From Marsupella aquatica (lineage: Eukaryota > Plantae > Marchantiophyta), in contig OZ316893.1 in the NCBI GenBank assembly GCA_973895155.1, forward strand, positions 6,348,963-6,412,962: DNA of 64,000 nt. Reading direction: 5' to 3'. The translations under genes and the position numbers were made by a program. Under the pieces are notes generated by a model. That model was not told the origin of the DNA and searched no databases. It was given only the letters and a program-made list of their open reading frames with translations. Below, one piece after another: positions 37,401 through 50,775 of this stretch (positions are counted from its first letter, which is position 1; each line of letters starts with the position of its first letter).

Positions 37401-40400
37401 TGTTTATTATAGTGTTCTATACATTTCTTGAAAGTCACATTAGCCTTGTTGACCTGCACACAAACAAGCCTCCACATATCAGCGGATCAACTCCATTTTC
37501 ACACTAGATTGATCGTAACCTGAAGGACAGATTCTTAAATTGGAACTTTCATGACAATGAAGTACAACGACCCCACACAATCATAAGCAACGTAAACTTT
37601 CATGGATCCACTGCCATCTGCATCCCGTGCAGATAGTAAACAACTGTTGAATTGCAGCTCGAGTTGCAGAAGCGTAGCAAAGGGAAAAGAAATCATGCAC
37701 AGTATGGCCAAAAAGGACAACTTGGACAGACTAGGCCTTTTCCAAATGCCTTACCCTGCAGACACCATAGATGGTGCAAAGGATGATCTGATCAATATGT
37801 CGATTAAAAAACAAAATTGTCTCCTTCTCGACTAAGTGCTTCATAGTCCGATAGACCTGCTCCCAGACCTGGTTGGGTTGATGCAGTCTTTCACATAAAT
37901 CCTTTGTTCTTACTGCAGCCAACTTAAGTACCTGCGCATAATCCAACATAGCCATAAATACCCAACGGACAGTTTCAACCATTGACGCTCCGAGCTCAGC
38001 CAATCTACACCGCGCATCCAAAAGCTTGCGCCAATTTACACCGCGCATCAAATCTCTGGAAAAACCTTAAAGCATACATACCTTCAGGAGAAAAACATTA
38101 ATGACAGTCTCCGCACAAGTCTCACCGCCACCAAGGGGCCCTGGTTTTTGAGGGCTGCATCATTGACACAGCAAATTGCCACTATCAGTTGTGTGGAACC
38201 CGTTGAAAAGACGTTGCGCCATCAAAAGCAAACAAACTTGGACATCGTTGCTGAGATAACCAACATGTACCGAGGAAACTAAACGTACCTGGCAAATACA
38301 GACTGCAGAGGAGGCGGTGGTCGACTTTTAACTGGGGAGGTGAATGCAGAGAAAGCAGAAGGACGTTCTTTTACTGTAGATAATAAATTCGCAGCTTGAT
38401 CGCCAACCCCATTTATATGTCCGGATGTACCATTCACACGACTGGGTGATGTGGCTGCTTTTGGCGGAGGTGATGGTGTGGCTGAGCCTTCTACAGTCCA
38501 CAGAAAACCGTCAGCTCAATACGGAGTTGTTCGATGTGGATACCATCATGCAATTGCAAGGAATTTCCGAGCTCAAAATTATTTTTTCAGAACGTATTCC
38601 CAATGAGCATAGCAAATCTGCAATTTCAATTATGTTGATCGTTTAATTTCCGAATAGGGAGCTCTGTGTTTCATAGCAATGCTACATGGAGCGATCTAGA
38701 TCTCTCGAGTGGATCACGCCATCAGTGATCGATGCTCTCATACGAAAGGCAAACATGAAGAATCTAGCGGGGAGGAAGATAGAGCTTAACAAGGAGTGAA
38801 ACGTCATAAATCACGTGGCGTCCTTCCGTCAACTAAAAGCGAACCTCAATCAAGTAACTAGCAAATATTAGAAAATCCCTCTTTAACAATGCTGCTCCTA
38901 ACCAGTAAATTCATCTATCACAATGTAGGGAGAAAACACACCCGCAGCACCATCAGGCTCACGTAGAGCATTTCCAGATAATTGAAGCATATGTTGAGTG
39001 AGATTGTCCAGTGACGGCAAAGGATCAGCCATAAGGCCCAGCTGGTTTATATCATGTGCCAAGTTCGGCTTAGCCACGATCAAAGAGTTATACATTGATG
39101 ACCCTTTCTCCCAGGCCATGCTCTCCAAAATTTGCTGCTCCATCGAGTTTAGATGCCGCTTAAGCTCTCTGGGCAACGTCTCTTCATGTCCAACAAAGCT
39201 TTCTATGACTTTGCTCAAGTCAAAGGCAGTGATCCCGGTAGGCTCCAAAACTGCTGGAAATGTCATAGTAACAGTTTTGTGCGTATAGAGTACTAGCTCT
39301 GCTGAGCAAGCAATCATACAGCGATGAAATCCATCATTGATGAGAAGAGCGGTTAGATTTTTGTTAGCTAGCCGCTGAGATTCAGCCCTGCACATTGCTG
39401 TCAATACCCTGTAGTACAATTTGGTTGCTTCCAGTCGCCGTTGCTCCACCCATGCACTATCTAGCAAGGCGGTACCTTGACTGGCTCTGGATTTTCTTGC
39501 CTCATCAACTGAAAATATTGCTAAAAACAAAACTTTTGCCCTACAGGTCACTTCAGCAGAGATGTCACGGTCGCACGCCCCGAAATATTTCCGGAGCTCA
39601 GATGAAGGTTCCGGAGCTAGAGGGGCTATATATGTTCGGAGCCATTTAACAGTTGACATGGTCACACTCACAGGTGTCGGCGGTGGCATCGTGCTATTTG
39701 TAACACCTGAGTTTGATTTAGGAGGAGATGAGAACGGGGAAGATGGTGAAGATGGACACGCTCCTGTTGACACCGTGGCTGCTTGGCTGGCAGAGGAGAG
39801 TGTGTCATATTTGCGCTGCAAGTCAAAAAGTTAAGAACATCAAATGGATGATCCATCTTCCGATGACAGAAAGATATAATCTCCTACAACACTGAAGATT
39901 CCAAGAATACGCAAAGCTCATACAAGCCAGTATCGGGTGAACAAGAGGTAACAGTAGATGTGCGCTACATTGACAACGTAGAGATTTAAAAGAAGAGATT
40001 ATCTAGCGATTCTTTTTATCTCCACCAATCCCGTAGTTTGGGTTGAGAGCCCCACGGCAAAGGTGCCAGAAGGAAGGGGAAACGGCATATTTCAGTGAAT
40101 GGGAGCTCTAAGGTCGTCAACTTGATCCGACTTAAATGTCATGAGGTTTAGCAATCATGCCTTGACGCCGGAGCTTGTTGGTGTGCCACCACTCGAGAGA
40201 GGTACAATCACGTTCTCATCGCCATTGATGAACATTCGTTCATCCACTTCTCCTCGGCTATGATAAGCTTCCTCGTAATCCTTCTCCACAATTCTTAGAT
40301 TGGATGTGATGGACCGCTCATCCATCAGGCCCTCAAAATATTGCAGCCCCTCTGCAATTCAAATATGTCAGAACAGACAACAGTAAAGACAAAAGTCCCA

Positions 40401-43400
40401 ACTCCAAACCTCAGAGCTTCCACCACTTCAATGCAGTCAAGCATTCAATACCCATGGGCAGATATATGTGTGGTCTCCTCAACATGGGTACCGTTACAGT
40501 AAATTAAAAACCAAGACGAGCCCGTAGAGTATACGTGGATATGCATTGTTCACAACTTTCTGAAGATATAATCGTCATGGATACATGAAGATGTGTCCAT
40601 AAGAAAGCGTCCAAGCAGAGAATAAGGCCTGTAAAAAATAACCTGTATCAATGCCACCTAGTTGCTCGGCATGGCTGCGAGTCCTAAAGCCACTGCTCTT
40701 CCTGAACAAATCCCCAATCATGTTGCTGGCCTTCTCCACCATCTTAGATACATCTTCTTCAGACGCATCATAATAAAGGGCACATAACGAGGCTATGATC
40801 TTGACATTTCCATCTCCTCCTCTAACTTCTGCTTTCAAGTCAAGCCAAGTCCTTATAAACACGTTACACCAGCAACCATGACCAAGTAGATGTAAATTGT
40901 CATGACGCAAGAACAGAACTTAAATTCTATTCCTCTTCGACACCGGCACATAGAAAAAACTCAGTGACTTACTGAAGAACAATTCATCTTCAAAACTAAA
41001 TTTCCTCAGAGAAGGTGGCATGTGCAGAATCAAGATGATCTGCAGAAGAAAAACCATTAACATCAAAATCACAAAGCACGCACAGGAAATAGCTCATTTG
41101 TTACATTCACTTGAACAAACACATCAGTGATATAGCGGACAGCTCAATCTCATCACAATTACAGTTTCAGTGCATAAGATAGTGGGCAAGCTTAGAAGAA
41201 GACGACGAAATTTTAACAACAGTTAGACGAAGTGGTGGAACATAAATTTCGGAGTGCGCACTAAAAAGTCCCAAAATTAAGCAATTAGTCTCTTCATGTA
41301 ACTCAATCAGTCCATAACCGAGTAAATGGGTGAAAAGAATGAAGACAACAGAAAACTGCACAAGCTGGTGGGAAAATTTTCATACAACAACAGCAAGAAG
41401 TCCGTTGATGTAGGTGACCAAATCAACGAACCGACCGAGGACGCGCATCCGCAGCACAAGGAAAAGCATCCATCCGAATCGCATGTGGACCGAAGGTCCT
41501 AACCCTCCATTTGTCCCGGAACACAATCCACTCGTCGAAGCACGAGATTCTTCCACTGACGAGAACAAATTTTGATATACTCGCCTGTAGTAACTGCCAG
41601 ACCCAGGGATCCAAGTCATGAACAACATGTGCTGGAACAAATCCCTCTCTAACTGCACACTGGAGGTGTGATATAGCATGCCGTTACAAGCTGATCCGAC
41701 CAAAATTCTAAAAATATTAAGCACCATCAAATAAATTATTTCTTCCTCATGATAGGAAGTGGCGAGGCAAGAGTGATGAGTAAATTTGCTATGAATAGGT
41801 GACTTACTTGAATAATACTGTCAGGTAGTAAAAGTCGACCTGAACCTCTTTAATCTGAACCAGACGACATGCCAAAACAAAAGCTCAAAATAAAAGTAAA
41901 AGTAAAAGGTCTGGTCTTTCGTCCTTCAATACCCAGCAAGACAGAGCATTTCTTCTATAGTGAAAATATTTTGTCTTGTGTAGCATAATCAGACCGGCCA
42001 ACTCACCATTAAACGTTTCTCCCAGTCGTCACCATATGTGGCTTTCAACTTAGGAGCGGCTTTCACCAAGACTTGCGGAACTTCCTTGAAAAATTCTTGT
42101 AGACTGTAAAGCTCATCCACAGAACAAGGGAGAAAATTGTCAGAACAGGAGACAACTTCCGGTACCTTAGGCGTCAAAATGGTCATGACACGAAGTGAGG
42201 GGTGATACGCCCGCTATGCATTAGCACCCACCTGAGTTTGTTCACATTCAAGATCTGAGATAGTGTAAATCCCACGAGAGGGTTGTCTTCCATTTTGTCC
42301 TCTTCGGTAGATGTACCGTTCGCCAACCTCTTTACGGCAAACAGAACGCAAGCGCTCCACAGACGCTCAGCCTCTTCCACCTGGGATTCCCACACATCCC
42401 CCAACATCCCTGGTGAGCTTCGAAAGGGCAGGACCGGACTTCACAGCCAGACAAAGGCGCCAGAAAAGAGAGAGAGGGAAATCAATAACTTGCTTCAACA
42501 ATCCGGCGTGCGTGTAGCGCCCTTCAATCAGTCAACTCGGTAGTCTCCCTTCCGAGTCCACAAGAGCAACCACCGCACGTCCGTACAAGTGCTCCGACCT
42601 GCCAACAGGAAGCAGGAATGGGTTGTTCCTGAGGCAGATCGGTGAGCAATCATGAAAATAGCCAGCCGGCGTTCGAGAGGAGCCCCGGCTGGTGATGGAA
42701 ATTTAATCACTTACAGTGCCAGTTCCTATGGTCCCAATGCTAGACATTAGAAGCGGCTTGTTCTCCTTGAACAGCTGTCGAGCCTGAGCTGATGTCTTCT
42801 GGTCCAAACAGAGGTCCACCTGCCAATAAAGAGATGAAAGCTCTGAGCCAACCAAACTCTCTCCCAATGAAATTCAAGAATACCCTCCCGATCTGAAGAA
42901 GATCAGTGTTGCCGACCATGACCACAGCTCGAGAAACACGTAGACTATCCTATCACCTGGGCTGTCTGACCACCATAATAAACCTGCCTCGCAGCTCAAG
43001 GGAGACACAGATAGCTGTCGGGCCTAGCTGCCCCACACAATACACCAAATTCCTCTGTTCAAACTTGGGACCCCCTGAGCCTCAACAGGATGACACCAAT
43101 ACTGGAAACTGACATCCTGGGTCGTGTCATAGAACTATTGCTGAATCAATCGGCTGATCTGGAGAGCATAGTGAGCATATGCTTGAGCACGCCCGCGTTT
43201 GGAGTGGCATCCAAAGGTGTGAGGGCATGAACTTCCTATGGTCAAACATAACATTGAGTGCATCCGACTATTAAGGAGATTAAGAGGTGACATAAGAAAT
43301 GGAAGCTAGAAACTATTGTCGACAGCTCGAGACCCTCTTGTGACCGCCCAGACTGATTGACTGATTTACACCAAAATGCATAGTGTCACAGGAAGTGCAA

Positions 43401-43637
43401 CCAAATGAGAGTCCCCTGCCCGATGAGCGGAGTACCAACCTCACAACGTTTCGCAAATCTGGTTTCCAACCCTTCCAAGTACTGGGTACTGGGTTTCTTG
43501 TCAATCTCCATTGCACCACCGCTATCTGCTCCTCCTCCTCCTCCTCCTCCCCCTCCTCCTGCTGCTGCTGCTGCTGCTACCGTCTGCCCCTCAAGGTTGG
43601 ACTGCTCGCTCTTCTCACTCTTCTCAATCTCCTCCAT
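34434..43637 (-). CDS. RBR: Retinoblastoma-related protein, multi-exon host gene
   Basis: N-terminal exons ([10 protein letters not shown]; [20 protein letters not shown]; [13 protein letters not shown]; [13 protein letters not shown]). Pocket A: [15 protein letters not shown]...[13 protein letters not shown]...[13 protein letters not shown]...[11 protein letters not shown]. Pocket B: GGGETCAET; [13 protein letters not shown]; YNKQPQCK; [13 protein letters not shown]-terminus: [20 protein letters not shown]; [18 protein letters not shown]. Canonical splice sites. Confidence 0.97.
36389..36945. repeat. Intronic tandem repeat, ~5-6 degenerate units of ~90-120 bp, within RBR
   Basis: TCTCTCAGCTGCTAATCTGCAAGTAC..TCTACCGGCAACGGCAGCTC recurs. 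Confidence 0.8.
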
Positions 43638-44381
43638 TGTTGACTGGAGCTACTACGTCGGTTCATGCACTGGTGAGTAACTAGAGTGCTTCCTCTTGTC
43701 CTCGGAAGAGCTCTCACTTCTCCACTTGGGGTCCTCAAGACATCCGGACCAGATTTGCCCCTACCGGTTGGGATCCACGCCGTTAGACCCCTGCTGCTGC
43801 CAAGTGCTATTGATCCCTCCTCTTCTTCCCCCAGACCAAGGCCAACGAGTAGGCTGTCCCAATTCATGTGTTCCCCAATTCTCTCGCCATCGCTTTCCTT
43901 ATTTCCGCCCACGCCCAAGATCTCCCTTCCTCTGTTCACTCCCTCCAAAACTTCGGAGCAAAAAACCAAGACCAGACCGAATTCAGTTTCCAGGATCAAG
44001 AAATAATCTCCACCTCCCTTCCCCCACCCTCTACACTAGACACTCTACGCAAGACCAGCCGCTCTTCCTCCTCCGCTGCTGCCTGCCTGCCTGCTGCCTG
44101 CCCGCCCGCCCAAATCTCCAACGTCGTCGTCGTCGTCCCCTTCCTCACCCAGGGCATCACCACCAGGCAGACCTTTCCTCAACCATTTCAATCAATCCAG
44201 CTGCTGCTGCTTCAGAACTTGCACTCACTCACTCACTCACTTACCAATTCACTAATGCGCGACTTGCCTGCCTGTTCTTCCGTCCTGCCCCGACGACTTT
44301 CCTTTGCCGCGCGAATGCAACTGTTCTTCCGTCCTGCCCCGACGACGTTCCTCGCGCGAATGCAATACGTTCCCCCTGTCT

Positions 44382-45739
44382 CTCGTGTGAAGGTCATTCA
44401 GCTCATTCCATCCATTCAGCCCATCCAGTTCTTCAGCTGAGCTCTGAGCTCAGATTACAGCAAAACAGCAGTTAGTAAGTTTTGCTCCAGCAGCTCCGGC
44501 AGCTACCTCGCTCGATCGCTGGCTCGATGGGTCTCGTGTCCCTCGTCTACTCTCGTGAGTCAGTCAAGTCTGATGATGATCACGCCACTCTAGTTGCGTC
44601 CACAAGACCACAAGTGCCCACTGTTTGCACATGATGAAGAAGCAGGAGTAGCAGTGGTGCAGTACTTTAGAAAGTTTCTTTCAACTCGTTGTTGTCGCTG
44701 TTGCTGTTTCGTCGCCATCGCCATCACCATTGGGGTCCGCAGCAGCATTTTGCGTTTGGCGGTGCTGCTGCTCTGTTGCTTACAGCACAGGGAAGGACTG
44801 TCCTTGCTTTTGCCTTGCTTGCAGTTTTTAGAAGTTTCCCCCGTTTTCGGGTAGCCGCAATCCCATTTCCCTTCCTTTCCCTGAATCCCTTGCCTTCGCG
44901 CTCTTCAACCTTCGTCACGCAACCCGAGGCTCCCACTGGAGGGATGTACCCCCATACCGCAGCAGGCCCATGCAACCCCGTGTACCCTCCTCACCCTCAA
45001 CAGGGCACTGAATCCCAATCCCCAGCTGGAGCGATGTAGCCTCATACCACAGCAAATGAAACCCGATTCCAATATATCCTCACTATAGTAGGCCATTTGG
45101 GGGGCGGGGGGGGGGGTGGTGAGGAACGGCTGGGGATCAACTGTAACCTGTGGAGTGGGGCTATTTTACAGACCACAACTCTTCCCTGCACCTTACGCAG
45201 ATGACGGTCAACAATTGGTGATGGGTGGAGGTGCTCTAACCCTCTTGCCCATTTCCCCCTTGGAGGATAGGTTATCCTATGGGTGATTCCTTCTCCAGTC
45301 CTCACCCCACCCCACCCACTTTTTAATGGCTATTGTTGTGTTTGGTGGCCAAGGGAGTAAATACACCCACTGGTGAAGACTCTCTGCAAGCCCATTTTTC
45401 CAATAGGGAATGGGTTACCATGCATACTTTAGGCCTTTTCTCAATATTTTCTTCTTGTATGAGTATTTTTACAAGTGCAAGGTAAAAACTGTTTTCTACC
45501 AGTCAGTGGCTATACTCAAATTGAAATACCTTTGGGCCAGGCTGACTGGCTCAGGCCCTCAATCTCTCATTCAAATATACAATAAAAATTTGAGAAGGTA
45601 TTTATGGGCAAATAATTGCAGGGAGGCAACGACTTCAAAGTCTTTGGTAGAGTAGGTCTGGTATGGGCAACTGGATGAGCTGACTGGATGAGCTGAATGA
45701 ATTGAATGAGCTGAATGAGCTGAATGAGCTTCACACGAG
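44382..45739. mobile_element. ~1.36-kb non-autonomous TIR element (termini CTCGTGTGAAG...CTTCACACGAG; subterminal CATTCAGCT repeats) upstream of RBR
   Basis: About 45-70 bp of inverted similarity at both ends. Flanks CCTGTCT and CCTGACT are a possible 7-bp TSD with one mismatch. Confidence 0.75.
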
Positions 45740-45799
45740 CCTGACTTTACAAAGAACATTGCAATTCATGATATTAGATATTCCCATATTATGATACCA

Positions 45800-46930
45800 C
45801 TAGCCCCATGCCCGTGCGTTGCACGAAAGACTTCGAGTGAGGGCAAGATGTCGAGGTGAGGGCAAGATTTGGAGGCAAGGGCAAGATGTCGAGGTGAGGA
45901 CAAGATGTCGAGAAGAGGGCAAGATGTCGAGAAGAGGGTAAGATTTGGAGGTGAGGGCAAGATGTCGAGGAGAGGGTAAGATTTTGAGGCGAGGCAAACA
46001 TGGTTGTGCACACGAGAGACATAGATTAAATAGATTAAATTTTGTGACGTATTGTCAATAATCTATAGTCAAGTAGATTAATACAAAAGTGATACAATCT
46101 TTATTCACCCGTTCAATAAAGAACCTCATCATATACAATTATTTTGTCAACCTTGTTTGACCCTCCTCGGAATCTGAAAGTAAAACCTTGTTAGTTGTAG
46201 GAGATATTGCCCTTGAAAATGCTGCATACAATTGTCTATGCCTAAATACAGGCTTTGAAAGTTGTAACCCTAGTACATGTTCTAAAGTCTAATAGACCTT
46301 GAGCTTTGTTGATGGCCCAGTTTATGGTCATTGCACATGCCACTCAAATGGGAAATTGGACCCTATGTAATAAAAAAGGAAGTGATTTGTCATATGTCAA
46401 CAGAATCCGTGGGATAAATGTAAGGGTCCCTACATATTTTCCTGCAATAACTCAATGCCCGTGCATTGCATGAAAGATGTCGAGGTGACAAAAGATGTCG
46501 AGGAGATAAATGATGTCAGAGTGAACAAAAGATGTCGAGGAGAGAAAACTATCAAGGTAAGCAAAAGATGTCCAAGTGATAAAAGATGTCAAAGAGAGAA
46601 AAAGATGTCAAGGTGAGCAAAGATTCAAGGCGAGCAAAAGATGTCAAGGTGATAAATGTAAGAGTACTACATGTTTTCCTGCAAGAACCCAATGCCCGTG
46701 CGTTGCACAAAAGATGTCGAGGTGACAAAAGATGTCAAAGAGAGAAAACATATGTCAATGTGATAAAAGATTCAAGGTGATAAAACATGTAAAGGAGAGA
46801 AAAGATGTCCAGGTGAGCAAAATATGTCACGGTAAGCAAAAGATGTTGAGGAGAGAAATAGATCGATGTTGAGATGAGAAAAAGATTTCAAGGAGAGACA
46901 ATTATGCCAAGGCAAAAGAAGACAAAAGTA
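45800..46930 (-). mobile_element. Non-autonomous Helitron-like element: 3' end at 45800, internal 18-19-bp AAGATGTCGAG minisatellite; 5' end undefined
   Basis: Minus strand ends CGTGCAACGCACG-GGCATGGGG-CTAG followed by T (hairpin + CTAG|T). Hairpin relics lie at ~46456 and ~46693. Confidence 0.65.
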
Positions 46931-48706
46931 TCAAGGCATGCTTAATGTACATTGCATTGAGGCAAAGATTTGGGAACATTTTGACTCGAGGCAAAGAAAT
47001 GCTATAAGATGCAAGTGAGCCAAAGAATTGTAGATAATGCAAATTAATGTAAGCGAGGCAAGAAAGTTGTTTAGACATCTCATATGTTGTTGGGACCATC
47101 TCGTCATTATGACGTTGAAGTCACTCTGGCCATGATTTTCAAAGAGAATGTTGGAGGTATAGATGGAATAACAAATTTGGGACTGATTTTCTATAAAACA
47201 TAGAACAAAAAACAAAAAAGATAATCAAAACATGTAAAAACATTTGACTTTGTGTGACGGGGTCCCCGTCACTAAAAATCCTCAATAATTGTTTACTAGG
47301 TTGTGCCATGTAAATAATCATTGTAAATAAGCAGTTTTTTTGTTTTTTAGTTAATTCCGTCATTATTGGTTGCTATGGCCCGGAGGTCTCTACTTACTTT
47401 TATACCCTTATAGTTCGGATGCCTAAGGCTCCCCAGCAAGCAAGCATGTTGGGACCTTGAAACTAGGGCCGGTCTAATCGGACACCCCTTTTCCCTAAGC
47501 CATTATTTCCTTTTTATTTTCTTGAGACCCCAATAGCCAGGTCTAAGTCGAGGAGTGCTAATTTTTAGTGTTAAGAGGTTTAAAAACAAACCAAGAAAAG
47601 GAAACCCCTGGGAAATACGGAGGTTAGGGGGGAGCATAAGGGGCAGCCCTAAACGCTGCCACGTGGAGTCCCCCAAGCCAGAGCCGGGAGCAAGAGCGGA
47701 GGCCATTAAAAGCCCCGCAAGCCATGAAGGAGATGGAGCCGAAGGGTGGCAGGTGGTGCAGGGTGGCAAGCCCTTGCATAGGGAGGAGCGTTGCGAGGTG
47801 GCAGCCGCGAGGCGCTGCCGGGCCGAGGAGCGCGCAGGCAGGGCAGGCACCGAAGGTGAAGGATAAAAGGGGGTTAAATACCCCAATAGGGCCCCGCGAG
47901 GCGAAGCCGGGGCGCGAGGTGGAGGCGCAGTGCTGCCGGGGCAAGTCAGGGCTGCTGGGGCGCAAGGGCAAGGTGGCACCCCCTGCATAGGGAGTCGTGC
48001 CCAGGCACCAACGAGTAAGCTGCCAGGTGGGGCGAGCCTCCATAGGGAGGCGAGCCGGTGAGCCCGCAAGTGGGCGTGACCCGGTGGGCCAGGAGTGGGC
48101 GCGGGGAGAAAAGGGGAGCCTAAAGGGGGGATTTTAAACCCCCATAAGGAGGCCGGGATGAGCTGCGAGGGCAGCCGCAGGGCAAGCCAGTGAGCCCGCG
48201 AGTGGGCAATGCAGGGATGGGCGTGAGCGAGCCGGGCTGGGCACGGAAGAGCCGAGAGGTATGGCCGCGAGTGATGGGCTGCCGGGATGGGCGAGCTGCA
48301 ATGGAGGAGTCGGGAGGCCATGAGCATATGGAAGGTTCCCGGGGAGGGGGCGCAGAGCCAGGGCGCAGAGCATTGGGGCGAGCCTCCATAGGGAGGCGAG
48401 CCGGGGCATAACAGGACGGAAAAAAAAGGAAAAAAAGGGAAGAGCCGGGAGTATAAGAAGGAGGCTCGGGGTGGATTCTATGTTGTTTTTTTCCCTCTCC
48501 TCTCTCTCCTACTTTGCCCATTGCCGAAAGCACTTTGCCTTGAGCAATTTCTCCCATTTGGTTTATGAGCTCTCTCTTTCTCTCTTGCAACTCTTTTTCT
48601 TTCCCAAGCTCTCTCTTGGGTGATTGTTAGAGCTTGGTGGTTTATTCGGGCATCCAGGACGGGCATGATGAGTGAAGCCAAGGGGAAGTAGAGTGGACTT
48701 GAGATC

Positions 48707-50775
48707 GTGGTACGGGGGCTATACGGGCAAGGAATTGTACAGTGTAACGAGAGATCGTGGTACGGGGGCTATACGGGCCAGGAATTGTATGGTGTAACGG
48801 GAATTGTTGTGATAGTAGAATTTTTAGTATGGATGTTTAACCCAGCTGAGTTTAGTACAGCCCGTGTTCGTCGATACAAGGCTGCTTACCGGGATTACAT
48901 TGCCACACAAATTAGGGAGCAGGGAGAGAAACGACAGTCAGCCGCCATGAGTACTGGATCTGGAACGCCTAGCACTATGGTTGTACGGAAGGTTTTCCGT
49001 AGGGTGTACCCCCGCAATTCTGCCAAGGTGATGGAAGAGGGCAAGGAGATTTTTCAGGATACAGGGCTCACCAACTTCATGGGTGTAGAGATTATGATTC
49101 CTCCCGACAGGACTTGGGACATTGCGGCTGGACTGGAGTGCCATATAGAGGGGATTTATTTTCATTGTAATAGGCAGTTGATCCCTCACGTGGAGTTGGC
49201 CAAACTCTTATTTCTCGATAACCAGGACTTCACGTTTCAGCCAGTAGAGCCACCTGGTGTTTTTACATTGGAAGAACTAGCTGAGGTGGTGAGGGACCCC
49301 ATTTCCGTAACTACCATTCCCCTCTCAACGTTCAAGGATCCAGCGTACAAGGTGTTTGTGGCCAAGGTACACCAGCGGGTACTTGGTCGGGGGCAATCTG
49401 GGACGGTGAGTGGAGATCAGTTGGCTATTGCCAACGACATCAAGACTCACCCACGTCACACGTACGGATGGTGGTATTTCGGGATGAGGAAGTCATTGGC
49501 CATGGATCCTAAGAGTGTGAAGACGGGAGGAGGCATGCACTTGATGAGGTCTTTCCTATTGGCCAGGCGGGAAGGGCTTCTTCCCTCACCGGGCATAGAA
49601 GGGGAAACAGTGCCACCCTTCACCACGGAAATATGGAGGATAGCCACCACCATATTAGGAAGCTTGGTGAAGGGGCCACCGTCTGAGCCAATAGCCCAAC
49701 CTACTACGGAAGATGACCCAGATGAGGATAGCATTATGGAGTGGTTGGAGTCACTTGTGGGGAACCCGGAGGAGTCTCTTGATTACGATGTGCCCGAGGT
49801 GTACTTGGCCGAATTACGTGATTTTTGTGATGGAGTGCATGAGGGGCTTAAGTTGTGCCGAACATTGAAGGAGGCCATCAACCAAGGCCAGGCCAAGGTG
49901 AAAATGTTACAAGTAAGTAATGAGGCCTTGAAAGAGGTAGTCAAGGCAAAGGAGGTGGTGATTCAAGAGCAAGGGAGGTCGCTCAAGGAGTCACATATTC
50001 AGGTTTTACAGCTGGAAGGAGCCTTATCTACTAAGGCTAAGGAGGCACTGGAGGTGGGAGTATTGAGAGATGAGGTGGCCAAGCTCAAGCGGGGCACTGG
50101 TGAGGTAGAGAGGCTCAAGAAGGAAGTGGTGGAGTTACGAGGTCAAGTTGGACTCCTTGAGACCAGGGCCAAGAGGAACGATAGGTTGAGGCTGAGAAGA
50201 GGAAGAGCCCATCTCCCTCTAGTCCTACCCTCTCCCCAAATTTGATCTCAAAAGCCATTGAGATGGTGGTAAGAGAAGTAACTCAACGGTATGGACCAAT
50301 GTTGGAAGCAGCCAAGAAGGAGAAGGAGAAGAGTAAGATGTTGGAGAAACAGTTGCGGGAGACCCGTAAGTCATCACGGGAAACCCAAGCCGGTCACGGT
50401 GCCACCGTATCTGCTGGTCACGGTGCCAACATTTCATCACCCTCATCATTACCAGCGGAGGCTCCACCGAGTCACGAAATCACGGTGCTAGGGATGCCAC
50501 CCCGATCTGTAAACCCGGGGACTCCTCTGGCTACCGGCCAGGTCTTACCTTTGCAGTTGCAGGGAGGTGAAGAGGCTGCCTTATGGAAGGACACTATTAG
50601 CCAAGGTTATGTGAAGGCTTGGCAAGCCTTGGCTGCATTGAGGAGGCGGAGCACTTCCGGTCGGACTCCCGCTTGGACTCCCCCGGTACGGCAGGTTAGG
50701 AGTGAGGCCTCCCCTTCTGGGGAAAGCGGTGGAGGTGAGGATTCCAGGGGGTGGAGCCCTGGTTCAATCAATTAG
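48707..50775 (+). CDS. Unknown ORF pair (probably one frameshifted ORF) with a long coiled coil, likely retroelement accessory ORF; preceded by a GC-rich repetitive region from ~47500
   Basis: 512-aa and 177-aa ORFs overlapping by 4 bp; no introns; heptad E/K/L-rich stretch; no enzyme motif recognised. Confidence 0.45.

Noticed and set aside
43696-44475. 259-aa plus-strand ORF upstream of RBR
   Set aside because: It is low-complexity sequence antisense to the RBR 5' region, runs into a TIR and has no domain signature.
47254-47299. Hairpin plus CTAG as a plus-strand Helitron 3' end
   Set aside because: The spacing is longer than typical, CTAG is followed by G rather than T, and no 5' end was found.
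47503-48590. Multiple Pro/Ala/Arg-rich ORFs on both strands
   Set aside because: They are expected from very high GC content and have no recognisable motifs.
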